Shown: positions 51,255-63,694, numbered from the stretch's first letter. The stretch: DNA of 64,000 nt from Isurus oxyrinchus (GCA_026770705.1 JANJGN010000323.1:558001-622000), one strand, 5' to 3'. The notes: generated by a model from the sequence alone, not told the origin. Translations and numbers: made by a program.

Positions 51255-51623
51255 TTGGACTGTCACAAGAATGGGAAAGTAACACTCCACGAGAGGTGAC
51301 AGCGCAGAAAGGTTCATGTGTACAGATTCCATGTCATTACAATTACCCATCACATTTGTTAGAGAAAACACATGTCGGAATCTGGAATATGAGGAGGGAC
51401 AAATGGAATACATTGTCTATAGCCTTTCACTCCAAGGATCACAGTCACGAGTTATCACGGTTCCACCATCGGACCCGGCTGTCTGGAGACCTGAAAGATG
51501 GCGACTGTTCCCTGATTATAAACAACATCAGACGGGAAGATGCAGGATTTTTTTTTTTCAGAATAGAATTTGACAATGGTCGGAGCCATAACTATTACCC
51601 TGAAACCCTGCTTCAGGTTTCTG
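51255..51623 (+). CDS. Gene 3: Siglec V-set exon
   Basis: ccccag acceptor, GTAAGT donor, 369 nt, phase 1/1; GSCVQIPC (two Cys), GDCSL (E-strand Cys) and EDAGFFFFRIE (Arg in the F strand, no canonical Cys) are Siglec hallmarks. Confidence 0.95.
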
Positions 51624-52029
51624 GTAAGTGCTGTGTTATAATTACTCAACAATTCACATCCAACACTCAATGGGAAATAATAGTGTTTGATTTGCTTGTT
51701 TTTTGGCCGTGTTAACCAGTGTCACTATTTTTAATGATTTGTCTATTTCTGCTCCCAGATCCATGAGCTTATTGTGTGTGATTGAATCCACATCATAGCT
51801 GTAACGTAAACCGAGCTGAGGGGTGATGACACCTCCCCCCTGAGTGACGTGTCTCCTCCCCACTACACCTTCCACCCCTCACACCGTCAGGACTGACCTG
51901 GTGACAGTGCGGAGCTAATCACCAACTCACACCTTGGCTTGACCCCCACCCCCACCTCCTCTGGCACTTTCTCCTCCTTTGAATATCTCAACGTGTTCCA
52001 CCCCTCTCATCTCTCCTTCTAAATTCTCG

Positions 52030-52680
52030 TTCTCTATCGCTGATCACTCCAGGAATGATAAACATCTTCGCCCCAGGATATCTTCACTGCTTTCCTCCCT
52101 CAGTCTCTGCACCGACTGAATTCCCATCCTCGGAGATCTCAATCTCCATCTCATCTCATCCCGCTCGATTATTCCAACTCACTCCTGGCTGGTCTCACAC
52201 ATTCTACCCTCTGTAAACTTGGGGTCATCTAAAACTCAGCTGCCCCTGTCTTAAAGAACAGTAACTCCCGTTCCCTTATCCCCCCCTGTACTCTCTGACC
52301 TTGAATGGCTCCTGGACAAGCAATGTCTTGATTTTAAAATGCTTGTCCTTGCTTCCTCCCTATCTCTGTAATCTCCTCCTGTGCTACAGCCTTCCCAGAT
52401 TTCTGCACTCCTCTACCTCTGGACTATTCAGCATCCCTGATTTCCATCGCTCCAGCATGGACGGCCAAGCCTTCAGTAGCCTGGGTCCTGAGACTTAAAT
52501 CCTTTCATCTTTCTATCTCCTCCTTTAAGGTGCTCCTTTAAACCCACCTCTTCAACCAAAGTTCCGATTATCTGACCTAATATCTCCTTATATGGCGTGG
52601 GACCATACTTTCTATTATAATGCTCCTGTGGAGCACCTTGGCATGTTATATTACAATATAGGCACTATATAAATATAATC
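52030..52680 (+). mobile_element. L2-like LINE fragments
   Basis: SRLDYSNSLLAGL...NSAA; 3' segment ccttcag...gagcaccttgg...ggcactatataaat. Confidence 0.75.
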
Positions 52681-52899
52681 CATTGTTCTATGCTCCTCTA
52701 GACCATTTAGATTCTTAATTTCGAGTTAACATGCAACCTGGTAACCTGGTGATAGCTTCCAGTTCAGTCCGAAAGCAACCTCTAATACTCACTTTAATAT
52801 CAATGATTAAATATATTGACTGTGTCCATCAATGTTATCAGGTTATCCACTCCCATCGATCTCTCTAATCCTGTCTCGAAGTCTGACATATCGTTAGAA

Positions 52900-53070
52900 T
52901 AAAGATTCACATTTATGTAGCACCTTTCACAACCTCAGCACGGACCAAATCACTTCACAGCCAATGCGCTGATTCCTGAATTGTAGTTACTGTTGTAATG
53001 TGGGAAACACAACAACCAATTTGCGCACAGCAAACTCCCACAAATTGACAAGTAACAAATGACCTAGATC
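52900..53070 (-). mobile_element. DeuSINE 3' fragment
   Basis: Matches 16170-16250; another fragment lies at ~2205-2330. Confidence 0.7.
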
Positions 53071-53345
53071 GCTGAGGGACTGATGGGGTAGTGCACTCCA
53101 AACTCTGGTCTGCTCCTCCACCCTCACCCACTATTATCAGTTCAAGTGTCTCAGAGTGAACGTATATTAAGCTGAGAGACAGAAACACCAAAGTCTCAAA
53201 GCAGGAAATGCTCTCCTGATCATTGTAACATCTCAGATCTGCTATCATCCTTGTAAAAGTGCTTTCTCTTGTGGGACTGTGGTTTCTATTTGAACTGATG
53301 CTTCACGTTATATTTCTCTAAAAGGATCCATTCTCTGTGTGTCAG

Positions 53346-53642
53346 ATTTCACAGATAAACCCACGATATTCCCTGCTGAAATTATTGCAGGAAAGCGTGT
53401 GGATGTAAGCTGCACCTTCAACACAACGTGCAATGGAACAGCAGCACCTGTCTTAACCTGGGACACTCCCACTGACGTACCTGGATCAGTCTCAAACACT
53501 GTAACTCAGCATGGTGTCACTCTGACCTATACTTCTGTTCTGACCCTGATCCCATCACTCAAACACCACGGACACACTCTCAGCTGCAGAGTGAGATATC
53601 CATCTGTTTCATCGGAGCGGACCCTCGTACTAACTGTGCAAG
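53346..53642 (+). CDS. Gene 3: second Ig (C2-set) exon
   Basis: 297 nt, phase 1/1; DFTDKPTI...VSCTFNTTC...LTW...SVLTLIP...HGHTLSCRV; the extra Cys fits the Siglec D1-D2 inter-domain disulfide. Confidence 0.93.
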
Positions 53643-53965
53643 GTAAGTATGGACACCCTTCATTCTACATCAGAATTCCCTCAGCGCTGACCCTCTGACA
53701 GTGCAGCCCGTTCTCAGTGTCCATATTCTCAGGCCACTCAAAGTACTTCACAGTCGATAGAAGTTAACTGATCTTTATTTGATTGTTGCTGAATGAAGTG
53801 ACAAGCTGTCTAAACTTTACAGCTTGCACACGTTATTTTCCATGGCAACACCTCCTCTAATCAGAGACCACTTGCCAACCAATCAGCACTCTCTTCCCTT
53901 TAAATATAAATTGTTGTACATTTTCTGTTGGTAAACCTGCGAGCTGTCATGTTGAGTCCTGCCCT

Positions 53966-54118
53966 GACATCTCAATGTCACAATGAACAGAACAAGTTCC
54001 AACAATGAGCTGTGGTTGGTGATTCCTCACGTTACATCCAGGGACACTGGAGACTATCAGTGTGTGGCAGAGAATGAACATGGAGCAGTGGAGGTGTCCA
54101 TAACCATCACTGTGGAAC
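53966..54118 (+). pseudogene. Gene 3: 5'-truncated third Ig exon (half domain)
   Basis: Nearly identical to the 3' half of the gene 1 C2 exons, donor intact, but first Cys/Trp and acceptor are missing. Confidence 0.8.
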
Positions 54119-55237
54119 GTGAGTGTGCACAGACTTCAACATCACTCTCAGGTTCAAACACTACACAAATACACACAAATATACAGACCTAAGCAGACAC
54201 CTGCAGACACACAATCCCAAATGTATGAGCACACACAAAGACACACTCACAAACAAACACCCTATCACATACTGCCCTGTGGGTTACCTGACCTCCCTCA
54301 GTGCTGCACCAGAGTATTGACCTAGATTCTGGGTTTTGTGTTCCCTTTCATATTTATGGAAGAATATGGAAATTGCAAGGTCTATTACAGACACTCAGAT
54401 GCACAGGGATACTCACAGATACACTCTGCCTCTCCAACTCACTATCCTCCTTTAAGAAGTTTCCTGAAACCTAATCCTTTGACCAGTCACCTGTCCCAAC
54501 TCCTCTTACGTGATTTTGTGTGAAATTTTGTTTGAGTATCTGAGAGTAAGAGAGAGGTGGAGAGGTTTAGGAAGGGAATTCCTGTTGGTGAAAAGCTTAC
54601 ATCATGTTCTCAGCTTTCCAGTGCCCATTTTTCACATGATGTCCAATGTCCATGTTCATAATGGGGATTGCCTATGTAAACGTCACGCTGTAGTTACACT
54701 CTGCCACCAGTGGTGGCACGGTAGCACTTAACCCTTGCATCTCCCAGCTTTTCAAGCAATTTCCCTTCCTAATTTGCTACTATTCACCTCAACCACTCCC
54801 TGTGGGAACGAGTTCCACATTCTCCCCTCTCTCTGGGTAAAGATTGGAATTGTTTATTAAGCGGGGTTGTAAGTCCGTGAGGGAGTCCATCTCGATCCTG
54901 CCCGATTCGCACACGCATCCGAGATGGATTTCCACCCTGCACTAAACGTTTCCAGAATTTTCTACAGCACAATCCTGTACACAGCGATGGAGAGAAACAT
55001 TGGACAGGGAGTCCAACAGCACAATGATCCATTCTCACCAATGTTCCACGCTAAGGGGAAAGTTCCGATTGTCCACTCTTAGAGTGTTTACAATGAAAAC
55101 ATTCATTCCACATTGAATCCCAGTGGATGGGTCAATATTACAGCAAATGTTGCAGTGATATGAAGCTTGATTGTTCAGCCAGAGTGAGAGATTGAAAGCG
55201 GAGAGTCAGTGATGATTTCTTTCTGTGTGTTCTCTAG

Positions 55238-55377
55238 ACAGTGGAGGAGAGATTCTGCACGTGATCCTGATCCTGGGAATACGAGCTGTGATATTCCTTG
55301 TGGCTGTGGTTATCACTATCGCTGGAGTCTGTGTCTGGGAGAGACAAACAGTGACAGGAAGTCGACAGACTGTTTGA
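55238..55377 (+). CDS. Gene 3: TM plus short tail exon with intramembrane Arg
   Basis: tctctag acceptor, phase 1; DSGGEILHVILILGIRAVIFLVAVVITIAGVCVWERQTVTGSRQTV*. Confidence 0.88.
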
Positions 55378-55507
55378 AGCTTTGTACAGCAACAATCTGG
55401 TCAGTCAGTGCGGACAAATAACGTGTGATGTTGGGTTAAATAGTAAAGAAACTGGTCAGTGTCCTGGTTAGAATCACCTTCGTATCAGAGAGGCATTCCA
55501 GCACAGT

Positions 55508-56100
55508 GGGAGCCCATTCAGCCCATTGAGTCCATGCTGCCTCTCTGTAGAGCAATCCAGTCAGTCCCATTTCCCCGCTCTATCCCCATATCTCTGCAAG
55601 TTTATTTCCCCTCAAGTATCCATCCAATTTCCATTTGATATCGTTCATCGTCTCAACTTCCACCATCCTCGTAGGCAGCGAGTTCCAGCTCATTACCACT
55701 CGCTGTGTAAAAAAGTTCCTCCTCACATCCCCCTCTGCCCAAAACCTTCAATCTGTGTCCCCCAGTCCTTGTACCATCAGCTAATGGCAACAGCTTCTCT
55801 TTGTCTACCGTATCTAAACCCATCATCATCTTGTACACCTCGATCAGATCCCCCCTCAATCTCCTTTGCTCCAAGGAGAACAACCCCAGCTTCTCCAACC
55901 CAACCCTGTAGCTAAAATCCCTCATCCCTGGACCCATTCTGCTCAATCTCCTCCCCACCCTCTCAAGGACCATCACTTCCTTCCCAAAGTGAGGAGACCA
56001 GAACTGGACACAATACTCTAGTTGTGACCTAACCAGAGCTTTATACATGTTCAGCATAACCTCCCTGTGTTTGTACTCAGTCCCTCGATTTATGAAAAGC
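55508..56100 (-). mobile_element. CR1 LINE 3' fragment in the gene 3 3'UTR region
   Basis: YKALVRSQLEYCVQFWSP...LGLFSLEQRRLRGDLIEVYK; ends in gggctgaatgggctcc. Confidence 0.92.
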
Positions 56101-56453
56101 TTATTCTTTCCATCAGCACAAACAGCAATTTCCAAGCGGACTCCCATCAGCAGACAGAGTGCAATGAAACATCGGCATGCCTGCTTCTTAATGTACGGAG
56201 AGAAACCTGGAACGAGAGATTCTCCTTCTTCTCCTCAGCAAGCTGAAACTTTTCCTTATACCTGGTGCTCCCCAGTCCTGCTGTGTGGACACATCATAAC
56301 CACGGCATTGTCTGGCTGTGTGCAGCCAACATGGTCGAATAGGAATGAACAGAAATGTGACGTTGCTAAACTCTGTTCTTTGATTGGAATGTGCTTTCTG
56401 AATGCTGCACCTTTTTCATGCTGCGATCGATTGTAAGAAGCATTTGGGTTATG

Positions 56454-56459
56454 AATAAA
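56454..56459 (+). promoter_or_regulatory. Candidate poly(A) signal for gene 3
   Basis: AATAAA at the end of the block homologous to the gene 1 3'UTR. Confidence 0.45.
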
Positions 56460-56801
56460 ATTACATTGATTAACACAAGTGATTAAAATGCTCAGCCTGT
56501 TCTGTAGATACTTATGGATGACAATTCTTATTTTGCTTCCAGATTCTTGGCTCAAAGACATTACTTCATGTTGTCACTTTTTCCAGTCAGATGAATTCCT
56601 GTGCCCATCTTTATAATGGAAATTTTCAATGTAAACACGTCACATTGCAGCTGCACACAATTGCCAGTGGGTGGTGTGATATCAAAGCTGCCTTGCTGCT
56701 CAGAAAGAGAGAGAAATATTCCTGACAAATGCATGAACTTCATGTGTGCATCAGACACTGACATCAGATGCAATTTTGTGCAATTTGTGCAATGTATTTT
56801 A

Positions 56802-57500
56802 GACAGTGCAGCACTCCCTCTGTTCAGACCCTCCAACAGTGCAGCACTCCCTCTGTTCAGACCCTCCTACAGTGCAGCACTCCCTCAGTTCAGACCCTCC
56901 AACAGTGCAGCACTCCCTCAGTTCAGACCCTCCAGCAGTGCAGCACTCCCTCAGTTCAGACCCTCCGACAGTGCAGCACTCCGTCAGTTTAGACCCTCCT
57001 ACAGTGCAGCAATCCCTCAGTTTATACCTTCCAACAGTGCAGCACTCCCTCAGATCAGACCCTCCAACAGTGCAGCACTCCCTCAGTTCAGACCCTCCAG
57101 CAGTGCAGCACTCCCTCAGTTCAGACCCTCCGACAGTGCAGCACTCCGTCAGTTCAGACCCTCCTACAGTGCAGCAATCCCTCAGTTTATACCTTCCAAC
57201 AGTGCAGCACTCCCTCAGTTCAGACCCTCCAACACTGCAGCACTCCCTCAGTTCTGACCGGCCGACAGTGCAGCACTCCCTCAGTGCCAACACTCTGACA
57301 GTGCAGAACTCCCTCTCAGCTGTCCCTCAAACAGAGCAGCACTCCCTCGCTGCTTATCCTCCATCAGTGCAGCATACCTCAATACTGACGCGCCAACAGT
57401 GCAGCACTGCCTCAGTACTGACCCTCTAACAGGGTAGCACTCCAACAATACTGACCCTCCGACAGTGCAGAACATGCTTAGTATTTATCCTCCAACAGCA
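56802..57500 (-). repeat. 33-bp minisatellite, variant unit (…CAGTTCAGACCCTCC…)
   Basis: Locally homogenised variant of the 33-mer. Confidence 0.95.
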
Positions 57501-58137
57501 TTTTTAAATATAAACCCTCAGAGCCATGGTAGAAATTTGAAGTTAACAAACAGCAAACAGAAAGATCACAGAGTCATGATGAATTGCCAACAGTTTGATT
57601 CTGTTGTAACGCATTGTGAAATTACGCACTCATTCCTACTGCCTGTTTACTCACTCCTTTACTACTTCCCCATTTTGTCTCACAGAGACACATCAACCCT
57701 TTCTCATTAAACACACAGAGGGGCCAGCACAGGAAGAGGTCATTCAGCCCAAGCAGAGCGTGTGGGCAGTTCCTCCCCAGGCGAGCAGTCGGACAGGTCC
57801 TGGGTAAGTAACGGAACGATTGGAATTCACTTCCACGACCAACACCGTCCTTTGTTGATGTTGTGACTTTATAAAGACAGATTCCAATGATTGATGCCTT
57901 TGAAAGATTTCTACTGATTATTGAGATCTGGGTGTGAGGCTCAAGTGTGTTGTACAGAACATCTTTCTAGCTCAAGGGATGAGGGAAGTGCAGAGACATG
58001 AGATTTGGGGGCGTCCTGAGGTGGTGAAAGGTGCTATAGAAATGCAAGTCTTTCATTGTTTTTCTTTTTCAAGCCTTGTAACTCTCTGCAGAGCACCTAT
58101 CATCCCACAGAGAATCAAATTAGTCTGTGAAGACATT

Positions 58138-58775
58138 GGGCTGAATTTCCAGCCTGTCGAGCGGGTGGGCCTGACCCAATCTCCAGCGGGCGGGGAGCCA
58201 ATCCCCACCGGAGAAGCGGGCCCCGCCGCCATTTTAAGTGGGCGTGCCAATTAAGGCCCACCCAGCGTGATGTCCAGCGGGAAGCGCTATGCCCTTCCTG
58301 TGTGGGCCGGGGGTGGGGGGTGGGTGGTGGGGACATTCCCCAAATGCGAGAGTGCGCTCTGTCACACATGCGCATGAAAATGCCCACATCACCCTGAGGC
58401 TTGGTGCTGCCTCAGGGAGATCGCTGAAAGGTTTTCAAACAATCAAAATAGAAAAATAAAAAAATCCTCAACATGTCCCCCTCACGTGACAGTGTCACTC
58501 GAGATGGGACATGTTAATAAACTGCACCAAAACTTTAATAAACTCTTTTAAAACCGACATGAATCCTCGTCCCGCCGGTGGATGAGGTTTCATGTTTTCT
58601 CTAGTTGTCGCTGGAGCTCCTGCCCTGCCCACCAGCCTTAAGGTTGGACCGGCAGGTCGGTTCATTGTTTAAATGTTCCTGTCAATGGCTTCAATTGGCC
58701 ATTGACAGGTCGGCGGGCCCTCAGCTGAATTCACTGCACCCCTGCCCCCTGCTCACCGACAGCGAAACTCTGCCC
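58138..58775. mobile_element. Non-autonomous DNA transposon (MITE, PIF/Harbinger-like)
   Basis: TIRs GGGCTGAATTT / AAACTCTGCCC, 3-bp ATT duplication; the empty site gaagacattgtctaaaa is present in three paralogous modules. Confidence 0.85.
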
Positions 58776-59109
58776 ATTGTCTAAAAGCAGTTCTGATCTC
58801 TGGAGAGCTGTCGGACAAGAGGTGAGGTCTCATTAACTCCTTTCTCTTTCACAGCTTGAGAGTGAGAAGCTGATGAAATATCTGGGAATGGACAATGATC
58901 TTACTTCCTCCTGTCAGTTCTCCAAGCTAATATCATCGTCAGCTCGGACAGATTTATGGTTAATAGTCTTTGTAAAAGATCATTCTTATTGAGCTGTGAT
59001 TGGGAACCGATTCAGCAGTGAGCCAGTGTACAAACTCACACCAAGTCCCATTCACCCATCACCCCTGTGATCACTGATATTCACTGACTCCCTGTCTGAC
59101 AGCAACAGA

Positions 59110-59570
59110 AAATTAAAATCCAGGTCATCCTGTAGAAATCCCTCCAAAATTTTGCAACTCTCCCTATCCATGTTACCTCCTCCAGCCCATACCAACCTCC
59201 CTATCTCTGTAACATCTTCCAGCACATATATTACTCCCTACCTCTGTAACCTTGCCCTGATCCTACAATCCTCCCTATCTCAGTAACCTCCTCCAGCCCC
59301 TACCACTCTCCCTAACTCTTTAACCAACTCCAGCCCCTATATCCTTCGCTATCTCTGTTAATTTCTCCAGCCCCTACAAACCTCCCTTTCTCTGTAACCT
59401 CGTCCACCATTACAACCCTCCCTATTTCTGTAATCTCCTCCAGTACCTACAACCCTCCGAGATCTCTGCACTCCTCCAATTCCAGCATCTTGACCATCCC
59501 CCGATTCCCATCATTCCATTATTGGCGGCCGTGCCTTCAGCTGCCTGGGCCCCGAGCTCTGGAATTCAAA
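59110..59570 (+). mobile_element. L2-like LINE fragment with an internally amplified ~35-bp unit
   Basis: ctccctatctctgtaacctcctccagcccctacaa repeated ~8x, then ggcggccgtgccttcagctgcctgggccc. Confidence 0.7.
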
Positions 59571-60475
59571 ATCAAAATTCAGGGATGAATTAACTCCAAT
59601 AGTCCATTCCCTGAGAGGCCATGATTACATCACAGCAGCATTCAGAATAGACAGAGGGTCCAGCCCTCACACTTCTTGCACAGTTTCACCATAACGAAAT
59701 GAATTAACTGAAAGGTAAACCGTCAGTGTAGAGAGATGAGATATTTACACAGTTTCCCTGTGTATCTTGTAGACACTGTGTTGGGTGGAAGACTGGCTTC
59801 ACTAAACAGGGTCCTGAGGACTATGAGCCAATGTAGAATGAACTTGTCCACTCCTGTGTCCAGGATTCTCTTCTATCCATTGTGATACATTGGGGAGATC
59901 CCTGTGTGTCCTGTAGATGGTCCACACTGCAGCCACTGTGCCCCAGTGATGGAGGGGGTGGATATCGAGTCTAGTGGATCTACAAACCATCCAGAGTTAA
60001 ATATTGATATTTCTCTCCCCAGTTGGACTGTCACAAGAGTGGAAAGGTGACACTCCATGAGAGGTGACAGCGCAGGAATATTCGTGTGTACAGATTCCAT
60101 GTCATTACAGTTATCCATCGTGTCTGGAAAACCAACCACAAATTGGAATCTGGTTTAATGACAAAGTCCTGATAAGATTCTTTATAGCCTTTCACTCCAA
60201 GGATCACAGTCACGAGTTACCACAGTTCCGGCATCGGACCCGGCTGTCTGGAGACCTGAAAGATGGTGACTGTTCACTGATTATAAACAACATCAGATGG
60301 GAAGATGCAGGACCTTATTTTTTCAGAATAGAATTTGACAATGGTCCGAGCCATAACTATTACCCTGTAACCCAGCTTCACGTTTCTGGTAAGTGCTATG
60401 TTATAATTACTCAACAATTCACATTCAACACTCAATGGGAATGAACACAAACTCTGACGTTTACATAATAAGACT

Positions 60476-61545
60476 GTTATGACATGGCAGGTGATGTGTG
60501 CCAGGTGGAGAGAATCCACAAAGGGAACTTGGACAAGCTACCACAATGGTTTTGCCATTTACATTTGTTGAGAGAAGGCTTATGATGTGAATGCATAAGA
60601 ATTGAGTCCACTAACACCTTTAGATATTTTAAAATTATATTAAGAAATGTATTAACAAAAGAAGAAACATTCAAACACATACAGAAGATTACAGTTACTT
60701 GATATTAGAACAAATTCCAAAATTTCTCATTAACCTAATTTCCAACTACACACCCCCTTGAAGGCAACAATCCCAATAAATCTTAAATGGAAATGGGAAT
60801 CCGGCAAGGTTACTGCAGCACCCACTTGACAGTGTAATTCCAAAGTCTTTTAACACACCTATAAGCACTGGAGCAGCAAAAGTGAACAGAAACGTTTTAC
60901 CTAAAAGGACCCATTCCCTGTCTGTTAGATTTCACAGATCAACCCACGATATTCCCTGCTGAAATTATTGCAGGCAAGCGTGTAGATGTAAGCTGCACCT
61001 TCAACACAACGTGCAATGGAACAGCAGCACCTGTCTTCACCTACTGTACCTTTCAAGAAATTCATGTCCCCCTCCCACATAACATTCCATCCTTCTTTAT
61101 GTTGGTTTCTCTCTCTCCAATGTATAAAATCCCACTGTTGCACCTGTCTTGGGAAATACACTTTTCTCATAGTATAAAAATCTTTCATGTTGTCAATATG
61201 GCCCATTCCTTTTGGGAAGAATACACATAATAACCTTGCCCTGGTTATCTTGTTAATTATAAACACCCAACTACCCTTTGACAATCAAACATTCTCTTTA
61301 CTGATCTAAAATTTCATTTACAGCTTTTCTGTGGAACCCTCATCCTAGCTTGTCCATCCCCATTTCAGAAGTCTGCTTTGCACCAAACTCTATTGATAAT
61401 TTTAACCTCACAGTTGATCTGACTCGAATTCAATTAAATCAGACCCACAGACGGAACCATCAAGATTCATTCCCATAAGCCGACAATATTATTCTGAAAA
61501 ACATCACAGTTTCATCACAACATAAAACACAGTTTAGTATAACGC
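60476..61545 (-). mobile_element. LTR-like insertion in the gene 4 V-C2 intron, containing a partial C2 exon copy (60929-61042)
   Basis: Starts tgttatgacatggcaggtgatgtgtgcc, related to 10225-10240 and 50631; absent from the gene 3 intron; right boundary uncertain. Confidence 0.6.
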
Positions 61546-62275
61546 AGAGTCTGATTCTCAATAACCTGGTGATAGCTTCCATTCAGTCCTAAAGCAACCT
61601 CTAATACTCACTTTAATATCAATGATTAAATGTATTGACTGTGTCCATCAATGTTATCAGGTCATCCACTCCCATCTATCTCTAATCTTAGGGCTGTGAT
61701 TTCTGTTTGAACTGATGCTTCACGTTATATTTCTCTAAAAGGATCCATTCTCTGTCTGTTAGATTTCACAGATAAAACCACGATATTCCCTGCTGAAATT
61801 ATTGCAGGAAAGCGTGTGGATGTAAGCTGCACCTTCAACACAACGTGCAATGGAACAGCAGCACCTGTCTTAACCTGGGACACTCCCACTGACGTACCTG
61901 GATCAGTCTCAAACACTGTAACTCAGCATGGTGTCACTCTGTCCTATACTTCTGTTCTGACCCTGATCTCATCACTCAAACACCACGGACACATTCTCAT
62001 CTGCAGAGTGAGATATCCATCTGTTTCATCGGAGCGGACCCTCGTACTAACTGTACAAGGTAAGAACGGACACCCTTCATTATGCATTCGCTGGAACAGT
62101 CTAGATTACGCACAGCAGGATCCCATAGAAAGGTATTCTGATGACAATCAGATAATCTGTTTTTTAAATAAAATGGTGACCAGAATACAATTAATAACCG
62201 TTTCTGAACATTAACACAGGGGCTTTTATGTCCAGCCAAGGGGCTGATAGAGCAGAGCAGGAATCGCAATGTACT

Positions 62276-62872
62276 CACCCCCTGACAGTGCAGCACTCCC
62301 TCAGTACTGACCCTCTGACAGTGCAGCACTCCCTCAGTACTGACCCCCTGACAGTGTAGCACTCCCTCAGTACTGACCCTCTGACAGTGCAGCACGCCCT
62401 CAGTACTGTCCCTCTGACAGTGTAGCACTCCCTCAGTACTGACCCCCCAACAGTGCAACAATTCCTCAGTACTGTCCCTCTGACAGTGCAACACTCCCTC
62501 AAATCTGTCTCTCCGACAGATTAGCACTCCCTCAATACTGTCCCTCTGACAGTGCAGCACTCTCAGTACTGACCCTCCGAGAGCACAGCACCCCTTCAGT
62601 ACTGACCCTCCGACAGTGCAGCACTCCCTCAATACTGTCCCTTTGACAGTGTAGAACTCCCTCAGCACTGACCCTCCGACAATGCAGCACTCCCTCAGTA
62701 CTGTCCCTCTGACAGTGTAGCACTCCCTCAGTACTGACCCTCCAACAGTGCAGCACTCCCTCAGTACTGCCCCTCTGACAGTATAGCACTCCCTCAGTAC
62801 TGAACCTCTGACTGTGCAGCACTCGTTCAGTCCTGACCCTCTGACAGTGCAGCACTCCCTCAGTACTGACAC
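62276..62872 (-). repeat. 33-bp minisatellite array
   Basis: Same unit. Confidence 0.95.
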
Positions 62873-63165
62873 TGGGGAATTTCAGTCTGCACTGTGGGGC
62901 AGGCATCTGCTGAATGGGGTCTTGAACCCCACAAAATTCTACAACATACTGACTCCCTGAGTTCGGGTGTGAAAACCACTTACCCACAGGAGAAACTCCT
63001 GGTTAATGAGTGTCCATCAGTGAGCAGAAATATCACCACAGGGTCAGGATACAACGGGTTAACAGTTCACCAGCATCTCAAAACATGAGCTGCTCTGTTA
63101 CTTTGATCCAACTTCCTCATTTTGTCTCACAGTGACACATCAACCCTTTCTAATTAAACACACAG

Positions 63166-63250
63166 AGGGAGCAGCACAGGAAGAGGTCATTCAGCCCAAG
63201 CAGAGCGTGTGGGCAGTTCCTCCCCAGGCGAGCAGTCGGACAGGTCCTGG
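63166..63250 (+). other. Gene 5 / module D: putative 5' non-coding exon
   Basis: Fifth copy of the 85-nt exon. Confidence 0.6.
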
Positions 63251-63694
63251 GTAAGTAACGGAACGATTGGAATTCACTTCCACCACCAACACCGTCCTTT
63301 GTTGATGTTGTGACTTTATAAAGACAGATTCCAATGATTGATGCCTTTGAAGGATTTCGACTGATTATTGAGATCTGGGTGTGAGGCTCAAGTCTGTTGT
63401 ACAGAACATCTTTCTAGCTCAAGGGATGAGGGAACTGTAGATACTTTGGGGTGTCCCGATGTGGTGAAAGGTGCTATAGAAATGCAAGTCCTTTGTTGTT
63501 TTTCATTCTTAAAGCCTTGGAACTCTCTGCAGAACACCTATCATCCCACAGAGAATCAAATTATTCTGTGAAGACATTGTCTAAAAGCAGTTCTGATCTC
63601 TCGAGAGCTGTTGGACAAGAGGTGAGGTCTCATTAACTCCTTTCGCTTTCAGAGTTTCAGAGTGAGAAGCTGATGAAATATCTGGGAGTGGATA

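Larger units (their letters stand above)
57719..62059 (+). pseudogene. Gene 4: Siglec-like pseudogene (exon 57719-57803, leader ~58895-58926, V 60023-60388, C2 61763-62059)
   Basis: Leader has an 8-bp deletion and a GT-to-CT donor change; V exon has CGA-to-TGA at 60058-60060; no TM exon before the next unit. Confidence 0.9.

Noticed and set aside
51255-53642. Rearranging antigen-receptor (Ig/TCR/IgNAR) V and C segments
   Set aside because: No RSS after the V exon, the G strand is encoded in the same exon, and the F strand has Arg in place of the canonical Cys, which indicates a Siglec.
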